A DNA stretch of 64,000 nt from a phage, in sequence record PV467749.1. The stretch is one strand, 5' to 3'. Positions 63,791-64,000 of the stretch are shown in pieces. Position 1 is the stretch's first letter. Every line of letters begins with the position of its first letter. The position numbers and the translations under genes were made by a program. The notes under the pieces are model-generated. The model had not been told where the DNA came from. It did not search any database and worked only from the letters and a program-made list of their open reading frames with translations.

Positions 63791-64000
63791 ATGTTACCTT
63801 TTGTAAGAATGTTTGATTATGGAAATGAAGCTCCTACCAACTCTGGTCGTTATAAAATATATTCCAGTGATTCTATGTATCTTCATGATACTTATACTGA
63901 CAAGTTGTATGCATCTTCTGCGACGAATTGGGGTACTGGTACAGGTGTAGCATCGAGTAAATTTATTCTTTGTGCGGAGAATGTTAAACGAGTTCTATTG
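63791..64000 (+). CDS. paralog of RCC1-like repeat protein, 3' end outside window
   Basis: Starts MLPFVRMFDYGN, same N-terminus as 62588-63724; GGGAGG SD; ORF open to window end. Confidence 0.45.
   Translation, partial: MLPFVRMFDYGNEAPTNSGRYKIYSSDSMYLHDTYTDKLYASSATNWGTGTGVASSKFILCAENVKRVLL

Overview
AT-rich, very gene-dense window with phage-like organisation: almost every gene lies on the minus strand from 1 to about 62.5 kb, then the coding strand switches to plus. No database search or computation was possible, so all product calls rest on motifs read by eye. Layout: (i) 1-31 kb, a head-to-tail array of about 48 paralogous genes (100-210 aa) sharing an internal acidic-aromatic motif EE-x-[YF]-F-Q-x-S-[LT] (family A), interrupted by a few ORFs without the motif. 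(ii) 30.1-37.0 kb, 27 consecutive paralogs of a ~70-aa protein with an LGTNYQE-type motif (family B), plus 4 outliers inside array A. (iii) 37-56 kb, about 45 small, mostly unrelated genes, many with their own sigma70-like promoter (TTGACA or TTGCAA, 16-17 bp spacer, TATAAT) followed by a GGGGAGAA..TTCTCCCC stem-loop and a Shine-Dalgarno site; this resembles the promoter-early-stem-loop (PeSL) cassettes described in T4-type phages. Recognisable products here are a protein-kinase-like protein, a GNAT acetyltransferase, a TraR/DksA zinc-finger protein and a signal-peptide protein. (iv) 56.0-57.9 kb, a 1.8-kb non-coding hub with three tandem plus-strand promoters, an opposing minus-strand promoter, iterons and short repeats: candidate origin or regulatory region. 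(v) 57.9-62.5 kb, an array of 20 paralogous ~60-aa genes (family C) with one family-A-like gene embedded. (vi) 62.6-64.0 kb, two plus-strand paralogs with RCC1-like repeats. No rRNA, tRNA, CRISPR array, integrase or transposase was recognised. Best interpretation: early or hyperplastic region of a large virulent phage (T4-type or jumbo-like); the exact phage cannot be named from sequence alone. The most unusual content is the three large tandem paralog arrays. Gene starts in the arrays follow the ORF track and may sit at a downstream in-frame ATG; in the 37-56 kb region several starts were trimmed because the track ORFs ran through promoter and hairpin sequence.
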